Source: Geosiphon pyriformis uo1 (Eukaryota; Fungi; Glomeromycota). From it: DNA of 64,000 nt. Below the pieces are notes generated by a model. That model was not told the origin of the DNA and ran no database searches. It saw only the letters and a program-made list of their open reading frames with translations. Where the stretch lies: NCBI GenBank assembly GCA_016748015.1, contig JAAOMT010000703.1, positions 680,255 through 744,254 of the forward strand, given 5' to 3'. Each line of letters begins with the position of its first letter. Within the stretch, counting starts at the first letter, position 1. The position numbers and the translations under genes were made by a program. This document shows positions 12,978 to 24,306 of the stretch, in pieces.

Positions 12978-15900
12978 GTGCATATGAATTCTTTTAGTAA
13001 GACTGTTGATAAGCTAGAAAAAAAAGTGATCTCTTTGAAAAAAGAGTGCTGCATAAAAAATATTGATATGTTTGGTAACTTAGAACATCCGATTGGTGTG
13101 AATGATGATATATTTTCTAATTTGATGTTTTTTTGGGCTTATAAGCCTGTTTATATTAGAACTGATTCCTTAAAAACAGCTGAATGACTGGTTGGATTGG
13201 TTTCTAATAGTGTTACTTTGTTTAGTATTGTTTAGAAGATGTCTTTTTTGGATAAATTTTCTTTTAAGGCTTCAACATAGTGTGTTCTTTATTGGTTTGA
13301 GTAATTAATTACGTGTAGAAAATGCATGATTAGCACTTAGTTTAGATCATTTAGTTTGATGTATAATATTAAATAGCTTTTGGGTTGCACTTATTAAGCA
13401 ATAAATAAATAATAAATAATAAATTAAATTAAATTAAATAAGATATTAAATAACAATTTTATTTATATTTAGTTTAATAATATTTAAATTATAAAAATAC
13501 AAAAAACTTTTTTCTTTCCTTCCCAAAAAAGAGTCAAAAGTTTTTTTTTTGAAAAAAGTTTTTTACTATTCAATATGATAAATCTAAACTGTTTTTGCTT
13601 AATTATAAGATCACTATTGGCCTTAATATTGTTGTTATAAAAAAGACTCTAAAAAATTTTGGTTTTGGTGTTAGTATTAAGTCTATTGTGTCTAAAAAGA
13701 AGAGAAAAGGTGATGCTTTAGTAGATAATATCAGTAATAAAGAGATTTTTGCTAAGGAATTGAGTGGTTATTTATAGAGTTTTGAGACTGGTAACACTAC
13801 TGAATCTGATAATGTTGACATAAAGGAAGAGTACATAATTAAAAAAACCAGCTTTGACTATGGTAAGAGTGGTGCTCTTACTGAAAAAAATTCGAATCAG
13901 ACACTTAAAGATTCAAGAATACAGACCAAAAGAGCATTGGGAAAACCACTAAGAAAAATTAATTTCTTGAATAATGATAATAATAATATTCTGTTGAATG
14001 TTCTCCTAATACTCCTCTCTCTTTTGAAGAATTTGGTTAACATTCCTGTTAGAAAATCATTTGCTTTGGATATTGACTTAGATATGGTAATTAGAAAATT
14101 CTCTCAAGAGAAGCTAGTGGCAATTAAAAAATTATTTTCAAATATTAATGGTTTTGGGAAAGGGCTTTTACTCTTTCAAAATTTGCTAGAATTATCCAAG
14201 TAATATTCACTTTTGAATTGAACTTGGCCCAAACATCTAATATGGCAAAGAATGCAAAGATTGCAGTAAATACTAATCTCAAAAAATTTGCTGATCACTT
14301 AGATCAGACTGTGATAATAAAAAAAATTCCAGTTGGAATGTCAGCTAAGATTGGTGTTATTAAGTTGATCAAAATGCAGTTGGTAGAATTTTGGCAAAAG
14401 ACTGTAGTTGAGTTTAAGCAATTGGATTATGCTGATTTGGTTATAGCAAAGTAGTCTATCTTAATTGAGAAAGATGCTGTATATATTGTTAGAGCAGAGT
14501 CAGATAAAAAATCATGAGATGCTAGGGATTATTATATGATACTGCTCTATATACTGCCTATGAGAACTAATATCCATGATATTTGAAACTTTATTGGTTC
14601 TATGGATAAAAAAACATGCTTCATTAATTATTATTCAGTCTCATATGCCTAGACCAGATGTGTTGTTATTTGTTTTGACTTTGTTCAATTATTAAATGCC
14701 ACCATAAAAACCACACTAGTACTAAGAAATGTTAATCTGCATTGGTCCTGTCTGAATCTTGTTAAGTGTGCTAAGTGTAAGAAATTTGGTTATATATTAT
14801 TGGGCTGTGCCTTTGGTGAAAAAGATTTTCCTAGTAGTATATTTTATAAGATGTTATTAGAAGCAGATAAAAACAGACTGGCATCTATCTATTTCAAACA
14901 CTTAGCGTTAATAGCTCATCCTGTTTTTTTGGTGGTGTCTCTTAAGTGAAAGTTGTTGGTGGATTCTCTTTCTCCTTTCTTTCTGCTGATAATGATTTGT
15001 CAAGTTTTGGCTCTTTTTTAGAGATAAAGCCTATCCCACTAGTGTCTATAGAACTGAATAATAGGTTTGCTGCTCTTAAGTACAGTCTTACCAGTCTTGT
15101 AAAATGTGTTAATAAGCTGGCTAAAAGATTGAACACACTTGAACTAATGGTTTTCCAGTTTAACTTTGGATGTTAGTCATTGGTAACTCTTTCATCACAA
15201 AATCAAGGAGCAAATATAGTTATAAGTGAGAGTTCAAGTGTGGCCACTAGTGGTAAAACTGTTGTAAAAACAGTGGTTTTTAATTAATTTGTAATTTCAA
15301 AATTGGAAGTGACTTTGAATAATCTCTCAGTTATTGTTATAGACCTAATGGCCAAAGTAGACAATACTAGTTTGGTGTCTGTTGTCTATCCTTCTTAATG
15401 ATTAATTTTGTCTGAAAAGTGACTATGTGTAATATAAAGAGCATGAACAACTCTGCTAAACAAGCAGATATTATTCAATGACACAAGAATATGAACAATT
15501 TAATTTTAATTTTCATGGAAACAAAACTAAAAAGAAAAGTTTGCCCATGGATTATTAATAAATTTGATGGTGTTTAAGTTTTTACTTCTGGTTTGGACTC
15601 TGGTTACCTGAGTTTTGATGTTACAATTGTCATAAATACTTTTTTAGCTAAACTTGTATATAAGATTTTAAAGATATCTGGTTAGTTTCTTTTTGTTAGG
15701 CTTTTTTTCAAAAATAAACTTTCTGTTTTGATTTTGGGATTTTATGCTAGAGCTTCTATGGCTGTTTATTTTTCTTAAGTTAATAAAATCAATTTTTTAA
15801 TAGCTAAGACTGTTAATGAATCTTTTTTTGTTGTTTTGGGTGGTAATTTCAATAAAGATAATTTATGCAAGTATATTAGTTTCAAGAAATGTTATGGCTT

Positions 15901-17646
15901 AGGTTTGGCCAATTCTCTGTTAGAAAGTTTAGTTAAGAAAAGTCACATATAGAAGAATTTAAGAAATGCCAAAAAGACAATTAATTATATGTTTGTCTCT
16001 TCAAACTTGGTCAACATGATAGTATGTCATAATATTTTGTCTGTTGGTAAACATTTTAATACTAATCATAGAACTGTTTCTGTGTCAATAGGTTTGGATG
16101 GATTATTAAATACATAATTGCACTCCCTTTGTAAATAAGCAAACAAAGATTATTAAAAATTCAATTTTAAAAAAGCTAGTGATGCCAAATAGACTAAGTT
16201 CAAGAATACTATAACAACAAATGTGGCTATGTTTTCTGATGGATTTTGTGCATCAAAAAAGCTCTTAGATTTGAATACAATGTGAAATACTGTTTACAAA
16301 ACAGTATATTTGTTGGCTGAAAAAGTTTTTAAGAAGAAATAGTTCAAAAAATATGATAGTGTTTACACTAAAGAATCATCCAGATTTTACAAACTAAAAC
16401 TTTTGATGCCTAAGATTGTTAGGACCTCTTGTCAAGTGTTTTATAATAAGTTCGCATTATTGTTGAATATATGGGATAGTTTTAATATTGTTAATGTCTC
16501 TGTAGTGAAGTCTTTTTTTCTTTTGAAATCTCTTTTTGATGTTATTAGATCTGTTCTGGCTAGGGTTAGAAAGTCTTATTACTCTTCTAAGATAATAGAA
16601 TCAAAATGTGCTAAGAAGTTTCAGATTAGATCAGCAATTAATAAAAAAATAAAAGATTTTAAACTGAATAAGAGTTATACTATCAGAAATGTATTGGAAT
16701 ATTTTTTTCACAGAGTAGTATTAGACCATCTGGTCATTAATGATGAATTAATTCTGGAGCCTAATTAGGTCAAGGCAAAAGTAGATGTAATTATGAAAAA
16801 CTGGACTTAGAAGCATGTCATGGTTTCTAATCTTTCTAATAATTGGTCTTATTAGTATTAACTTTTGGATTATGTTTTTGATAATGCTTTTTCAAGTATA
16901 ATGTGTATAGTTAATTTCAATGAAATGTTTAATGTGATTTCTGTTCTGCCTAATAGAAAGGCTGCTAGTCTCTCTAACATTTCAAATAAATTGTGAAAAC
17001 ATTGTGACAAGTCTGTATTGAATATGCTTTTAATGCTTTTGAACTCTTGTTTAATTTATGAGTTAATGCTTGGTTCTTAAAAAAAAGCTTGGATCTTAAT
17101 GATTTTCAAACCATATAAATGAAAAGGCATTCTTATAAATACTCAACCTATCATCTTGATTAAGACAATTCATAAGATTCTTTCCAAAAATTTTTCAGAC
17201 AGAATCTTTTTGGCTTGATGTTCTCTATAAAAATAATTTTTTTGTTCTAAAAAATACAACAACACAATTCCCTATTTTTGCTATTGGTTTAGTAATAGAA
17301 GATATCTTAGAAAAGAATCATAAACTGTGACTGGTTTTGTAGAACATGTATAAGACTTATAATTTTGTTGGATAGGAACATCTCAAGAAAAGTTTAATCA
17401 AGATTAAAATATGTGGCAAATTTATTAGACTTTTTAATTGTATTCACAATAATCAGATTAACAAAGTTATAACTGATTTTGGTTTAACTGATGATTATTA
17501 AGTTCATAATAAGTTGGATTAAGGGGAAGTTTTCTAATTTTATTTTTTGGCACATATTTTATGATTCATTTTTGTGTAAAGTTAAGAGACAAGAGAGTGT
17601 GTATGATTATAAGTTGAATTCTTATTATGTTGCCAAAACTGGCTGG

Positions 17647-18598
17647 TGTTACCAGACGAAATTAGAGATATTGCTTAACATGAAATTACCCTTATAATTC
17701 TTATCATTAATTAACATTTCAAATTATCACTTATTATATTAGCAAAATATCTGAAATTATCATTTAATTAATAACCCAATTTGTACATAACATAAATGTA
17801 ACCTAATTGCAATAATCAATCATGCAATACCCCGAACTATGTAACATTCAAAAAATTTGCCAAAATAATGGATAGTTCACCGAAATATCTAATAGTTTGC
17901 AGAAATAACTTGTAGTTTACCAAAATGTAGCTTTAGTTCAGCGAAATTGTAAAAAAGAACAAAGTTCAAGTTCATAGAATAGTGTTACGACAAGTTGTAT
18001 AAAAGAAGAGCTTCTTTCTTTAAGAAAATGTATCTTACTTTAGATTTATCACTTAGAACCATTCCTATACACACAAAAAGAAATAAATATCAAATAATTC
18101 GAAAAACCAAATTCTTTAATTATTGCACTTGGAAAACCCTCAAAATCCAACTAACATTTTGAAATTGATTAACTACCAATTTTAGTAAACTGTTAGTGAC
18201 TCCAGGCCTGAATAGAAAACGTTTTCCTTGACAGAATTCTATTTCTTTTACAATTCTTTTATTTTCTTTCTTTTATTTTCTTATTATAATCATTAAAGTA
18301 GCCTATAGACGAGATTCCTGTAGAAGAGTTAACTTTCACAGCAAAGTAACTACACATTTTTAGTGAGCTTTCAGATGAGCAATTCCTGGGAAAGAGTTGA
18401 TGTTTACTACAACATAACTACATGAAGCAACTGGCATGAAATTGGCCATTCCACTATAAGCCCAGCAGTTCAAATTATAGGAGATAATTTGAAAATAAAT
18501 TCAGTTACTGAATGTTCAACCACATCCAGACAACATAAATTCACAACAAACAGGCATCAACAACATTTAAGAAAAGAGACCAAAAACCTCTGATAACA
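17647..18598 (+). repeat. 5' LTR of element 2
   Basis: Collinear with 26503-27475; TATA-like GTATAAAAAG near 17997. Confidence 0.95.
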
Positions 18599-18600
18599 TT

Positions 18601-18615
18601 TGGTGCTCTCCCACA
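18601..18615 (+). promoter_or_regulatory. Primer-binding site of element 2
   Basis: TGGTGCTCTCCCACA, 2 nt after the LTR; same TGGTGCTC start as element 1. Confidence 0.8.
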
Positions 18616-18644
18616 AAAATAACACAGTAACAACAACTTCAAAA

Positions 18645-21600
18645 GTGGCGACTCAAACAGATTCAAGAACTCTAGAGTATTATCAGTCAATCTACACCCA
18701 CTGCAAGCAGAGATTTAACATCCCAGACAGAATTGAAACATTCAAGAAAACACTTTACCAGTACATTGAAAATTGCATCAACAATTATCTTTTCAGAGAC
18801 TACAACATTTCAGAAGTTAGACACAACTTATATGAAAGCTTAGTATATCACTCTTGTATAAACACTCAGGATTTTAACAGTCAAACACTTGAAACATATT
18901 TCCAAGAACTCAACTTCAATATTATTCAGTATTGTGAAGAGAATTACCCAGTAGAACAGAAATTTTCTCTTGGTTTTGAATCGGAAACAGAAAAAGGAAA
19001 AGGAAAAAGGAAACAAAAACTCAGAACTACTCTCAATACACCCAAAACCACTGCCAAACATTTACAAAATCCAGAACCAGAAACCAGCTTTAAATTACTC
19101 CTCTTAATCACACCATTTTTAGCTTTATTTGCTCAACCACAAACACCAAGCTCACTACTTATTCAGTTTTCAAGAATAGAAGATTTTCAGTCACCCAAAA
19201 GCCCTATTCAACAACAAGAACCAATATTAACCAGCACAAACCTTATTGACTACTTAGCAGAAAATCAAAGTGAAGAGACCAAATCAGAACAAGAAACAGA
19301 AGACTCAGAAAACAAAGAAAAAATGACCTCCACATACATCACAAAAATCTCTAAGTTCACAGGAAAAAACAGCAAAACCAGTCCTCAAGAATGGCTTAAC
19401 AAAGTCTCAAAAGCAGGAGATGCAAATGGTTGGAATGCTGCCAGAATGTTAAAAACAATTCTATATTTCTTACAAGAAACAGCTGGTGAATGGTTTGAAA
19501 ACTTGGAAGCCCTACCAGAACACTGGGAAGCATTCAAAACTGCTTTTCTAGAACAGTTCACTAACAATAACACTTCCATTACCCTTCAAAATTGGTTCCA
19601 AAATATCAAGCAAGAACCAAGTGAATCAGTTATGACCTATCTTGGGAAATTCAACAAACTGCTTAGAAGGATTCGGCAATTGGAAACCAATGAATACTAT
19701 TTCAATGCACAAATCTTGGACCAATTTATTGCTGGACTAAAAGACAAACTTATTAAGAAAGTTTGCCCACATGCACCAGAAGATTTAGCCACTGCTATTC
19801 AACAGACAAAAAACTAAGAAATGGCTATGGAAGAAGCCAATTATACCAAACTTGTTAACCTGGTTATTGGAGAAACCAGCTCAGCAGCTGAAAAAAAGAT
19901 TGACCAATTAACCAAGAAAGTTGAAAACTACTTCACCAACCAACAGCAACAACAGCAGCCACAGCAGCCACAGCAATCACAACAACCACAAAGATATCAA
20001 CCCCCACAATGACACAATCAAAACAATTTTGGACCACCATCCAACAACCAAATCCAAAATTGCCATTACTGTGGAATCCCTGGCCACTGGAAAAAATATT
20101 GCAGAAAGCTACAATGAGACCAACAAAATAAGAGTAATCAATGTTACCCTTCACTACAACAATTTTATTACCAACCACCACTACCACCAGCTTATTATTC
20201 ACCAAAACCACAATATCAAACCGACTACTATCAATCTGCTCTACAGCCAATGCAACAACAGTATCGACAACCCATTCAACATTACCAAGTACCTGCTTAA
20301 AGATTGGTTCAACAAAACCAATTTGCACCACAAAACTAATTCACAACAAACAACAACAGAATCAACCCAAATAACCAATTAGTTCCCCAAAATCCAGCTC
20401 AGCCAAAACTCACCCATTATTATACTCAACCTAGCTATCTTACAATACCTAAAGAACAGGATTTTCATCATACTGCACTCTCGGAAGGTAGAGCTGCAGT
20501 ATGACAACAAAACTTTTCTTATACTCCTACCACAATTTCACCAGCCAGAATTGCTGAAAACACCAATCTCTCTGATATTTTTTCTTTTGAGTTTGAAGCC
20601 AATGAATCACTATTTCTACTCAGCAATGCTGCTGCAAATAAACAGAAAGCAATTACAGCTATATATACTGAAGCTGAAGTTAAAGAAAAGACAATTTGCT
20701 TAATCCTAAACAATGGATCTGCCGGAAGTATTATTACTTACCAGTTGATACAACAGTTAAAGAGAAATGTTGACCAACCAGCTTAAACAGTAATTGTTAC
20801 TGCCGATGGCATGAAAAAGACTCCAGTAAGAGAAATTGACAATTTTCTGTTCACTCTTGATGAAATCACCATTTCAGTCAAAGTTCTTGTAATGGACACT
20901 CCTCAGTATTAAGCCCTTGTCAGAAATGATTGGCTTCAAAAAGCCAATGCAAAATTAGACTGGGAAACCCAAGAACTACAAATTTTTTACCAAGAACAAC
21001 ACGCCTGAGTACCTGCCACTTGTGGTACATTCAACAAATGCTCCGAAAAAGCCCCAGCTTTTGAATTTGAACCAGAAGAAGAAAAACCTATAATCAAAAC
21101 ATTTATGGCTCTTGGATCAATGTCCAATTGGGCCAAGAAAACTGAACAAGAACATTTTACTCCACACTCTGAATCTGAAACCTCTGGATGGAATATCCCT
21201 TACTCAAAACCTGAACCAAGGAAACAATGCCTCTATATTCCCCTTAAATATAAGGACTGCCACAAGAAACTATTGTCAATAGAAGCTTGTATTTTACCTG
21301 AGGAAGAATATGAAAGTCATACTTGCTACTACTGCAAGGCCTGCCATTGAGAAAAATGGGGCCACTTGATCAAAAGAAGCGGAAAATGGGATAGAACACC
21401 CTGTCTTACTTGTAGAAAGCAGCTTCTCAATGAATATAACTGGATTGATGTCACATTTAGAGGAGGAGTTTGCAATCAAACTTGCCAATATGCTCTTTCT
21501 ATTGCAGAAAAGGTAAAACATGGAACACTTTTCAATGCTGCATACAATAATGCTCTCAACAAACTCCATTATTACCTCCATGATGCCGAAATAATCTACA

Positions 21601-24240
21601 AACTTGCCATGGTTTTAATTAATAGAGGAACCAAAGAAGATGTTCTTCAAATGAAAGAAGCTGAATATATCAAATATACCTTGGAATTAGCTGGATTTGA
21701 TTATGAAGATGAAGTAGAAGTGTATCATCAAATCACAAGTCACACCTACCCGACCAAAGAAGCTCAAGCTCAATGGCTAGAGCAAATGAATATTAAATTA
21801 TGTGAGAAATGCATAATGCTTTGTGATGAACAATGGTGTCCTGAATGCTATGCCTTTAGCATTCTATTACCCAGTGAAAGTGACAAATATGAAATCAAAT
21901 TTGGTGAACCTAAAGCAATGGAAGAAATTGAAACAACACCTGTCTATTTTATTGAAAGTCAGCCTGCTTTACAGCTCAAATACTTCAACAACAATGGACA
22001 AGAAATAAAGCTTGAAAAAGCACATGAAATTGATGCTGGATATGATCTACGATATTCAGAAAAAGACACTTTGGTTCTTCAACCAAATTCCCTTACCAAG
22101 ATTAATCTCAAAATTGCCCTTAAAATCCCACCAGAAGCAATGGTCCAAATCACTTTACGATTATCATTGGCAAGCAAAGGAATCAATGTTAGAGAAGGAA
22201 TCATAGATGTTGGATATACAGGAGACATTACAATAATGTTACAAAATAAAACCAATAAACTTTTTCAAATTGAACATGCCGAAAAAATTGCTCAAGCTAT
22301 TTATTTACTCTTAATCAACATTTTGGGTTTACAATTAGTCAATCAAAGAGAACAATTGGGAAAAAGTGAAAGAAGAACCAATGGTTTTGGTTCAACTGGA
22401 CAATTTACAGTTCCAGTAAACATAGCTCTTAATGAACAAAATGAATCTCACCAGATTCTATGACTTTTACAACCAATTACTATTTTACTCTTTGGGGAAT
22501 ATCTGGAAATCTACACCTGCCCAAAGCCAACAACCACACAACAAATTTTTGAATCCAATGAACAAGTCTGCTTGGAACATAATATCTCAATCCCAAATAT
22601 TTATATTCCAGAAGGAACAAAAAAAGTCCAAGTTACTTTTTACAATCCCAACAATTATCCCATAGTTTTATTAAATAACTTAGAAATTGGAGTCATTCAC
22701 AGTAACATCTTTCAACAAGAACTACTTCAAACAGTTCTCAATTTTTTGGAAATTATTGGACATTCACTACCAAAAATCAACCCAAACCCCAGCTCTGAAA
22801 ACTATCATGTTGTCATAGAAAAACTATTTCGAATCAACATGGAACAACTTGAACCACAACAACAGAACCAGCTCAAAGAGCTAATTGCAGAATTTGCTGA
22901 TATCTTTGCCGAAAACAACAATAACTTAGGAAAAACTGATTTGGTTCAACACCAAATCTATACAGGAGATGCCAAACCAAGGCAACAACAAGCCTACTGA
23001 GTTGCTCCAGAAAGCCACCAATTTATCAGAAAAGAAGTATAAAGGATGCTTAACAATGGGCTTATTCAACTATCAATGAGTCCATGAGCCTTACCTGTGG
23101 TCCTAGTTAAAAAAAAATGGAAAAATACAATTTTGTGTTGATTATTGACAACTCAACAGCATTATCATTGGAGATGCCTACTCTCTTCTCCAAATTGATG
23201 ACATGTTGGATGCCCTTGAAAAGTCCAAATACTTTTCAACATTAGATTTAGAGAGTTAATACTGGCAAGTTGCCATGGATCTCAAAGATTGCACCAAAAC
23301 AGCATTCACCACTCAAGGAGGAAATTATGAGTTCAATATAATGTCTTTTGGATTATGCAATGTACCAGCAACATTCCAAAGACTCATGGATGTTGTTTAC
23401 AAAGACCTCCTTTGGAAATCAGTAGTTGTCTATCTCGATGATACTGATGTTTATTCACCATCTTTTGAATTATACTTAACACACCTGCAAAAAGTTTTTC
23501 AATGATTACAGAAAGCAGAACTGAAACTGAATGTCAAAAAATGCTACTTTGAAAAAACGAGTTTAGCCTTTCTTGGCCATATTGTGAGCAAAAATGGAAT
23601 TAAACCAGACCCCAGAAAAATCAGCACTGTTAAGAACTTCAAGACTCCACAAAATACCACAGAATTGAGAGGATTTATTGGATTAGCTTCATATTACTGA
23701 AAATTCATCAAAGGATTCTCAGAAATTGCAAAACTTCTTAACCAGCTCACTACTAAAAATATCAAATACAAATAAATGAAAGAACACCAAAAAGCTTTTG
23801 AAATTCTCAAGGAAAAGCTGACAACAGCTCCAATTTTTGCCTACTCAGACTTCAGTAACCAATTTTAACTAGCTACAGACACTTTTTACATTGTCTTTGG
23901 TGCCATCTTATCACAATTAGATGACAATAGAAATAAGCAAGTAATTGCTTATGCTAGCAGAACATTAAAACCAGTTAAGAAAAACTACCCTGCCACAGAA
24001 CTAGAAACAGCAGCCATAATTTGGGCCCTACACCACTTTAACTTTTATCTCAGGCCTAAAGAATTCGATATTATCACTGATAATATTGGACTTAAATAGC
24101 TTCAGAACAAAAACACTTAGCTGAATGCCAAACAAACCTGATGGACAGGATTTTTAGCCAACTACTGATACATTGTACATCACAAACCAAGAAAGCTCCA
24201 CACTAACATTGATGATCTTTTAAGAATGAGGCAAGATTAG
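18645..24240 (+). pseudogene. gag-pol of element 2 (Gag, CCHC knuckle, protease, Cys-rich domain, dUTPase, RT, RNase H)
   Basis: One reading frame from Gag through CHYCGIPGHWKKYC (20061), protease LILNNGSAGS (~20700) and dUTPase DAGYDL...GFGSTG (22023-22400) to ~23100. A slip in a poly-A run follows, then RT YLDD and RNase H ending MRQD* (TAG 24238-24240). Confidence 0.93.
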
Positions 24241-24306
24241 AACACAAAACCAACACTCATTCAAATTAGCAGTAACAAAAAAAAACAAAAAAAAAAACAA
24301 CAAACA

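Larger units (their letters stand above)
824..13441 (+). mobile_element. ORF1-only non-autonomous non-LTR element (HAL1-like), copy 1: 824-2674 plus 12982-13441, split by LTR element 1
   Basis: One decayed ORF from ATG 848 to TAG 13280, with RRM-like segments and the knuckle CFKCQELKHLAADC (2306-2347). It reads through the insertion site (FKINKVLV|HMNSFSKTVDKL). A LINE-type 3' UTR (13281-13398) and a TAAA-rich tail follow, with no APE or RT. Confidence 0.8.

Noticed and set aside
23100-23120. Programmed ribosomal frameshift in pol
   Set aside because: The frame change falls in a poly-A run inside RT; element 3 has AAAAAGAAAAATGG here, so it is copy-specific decay.
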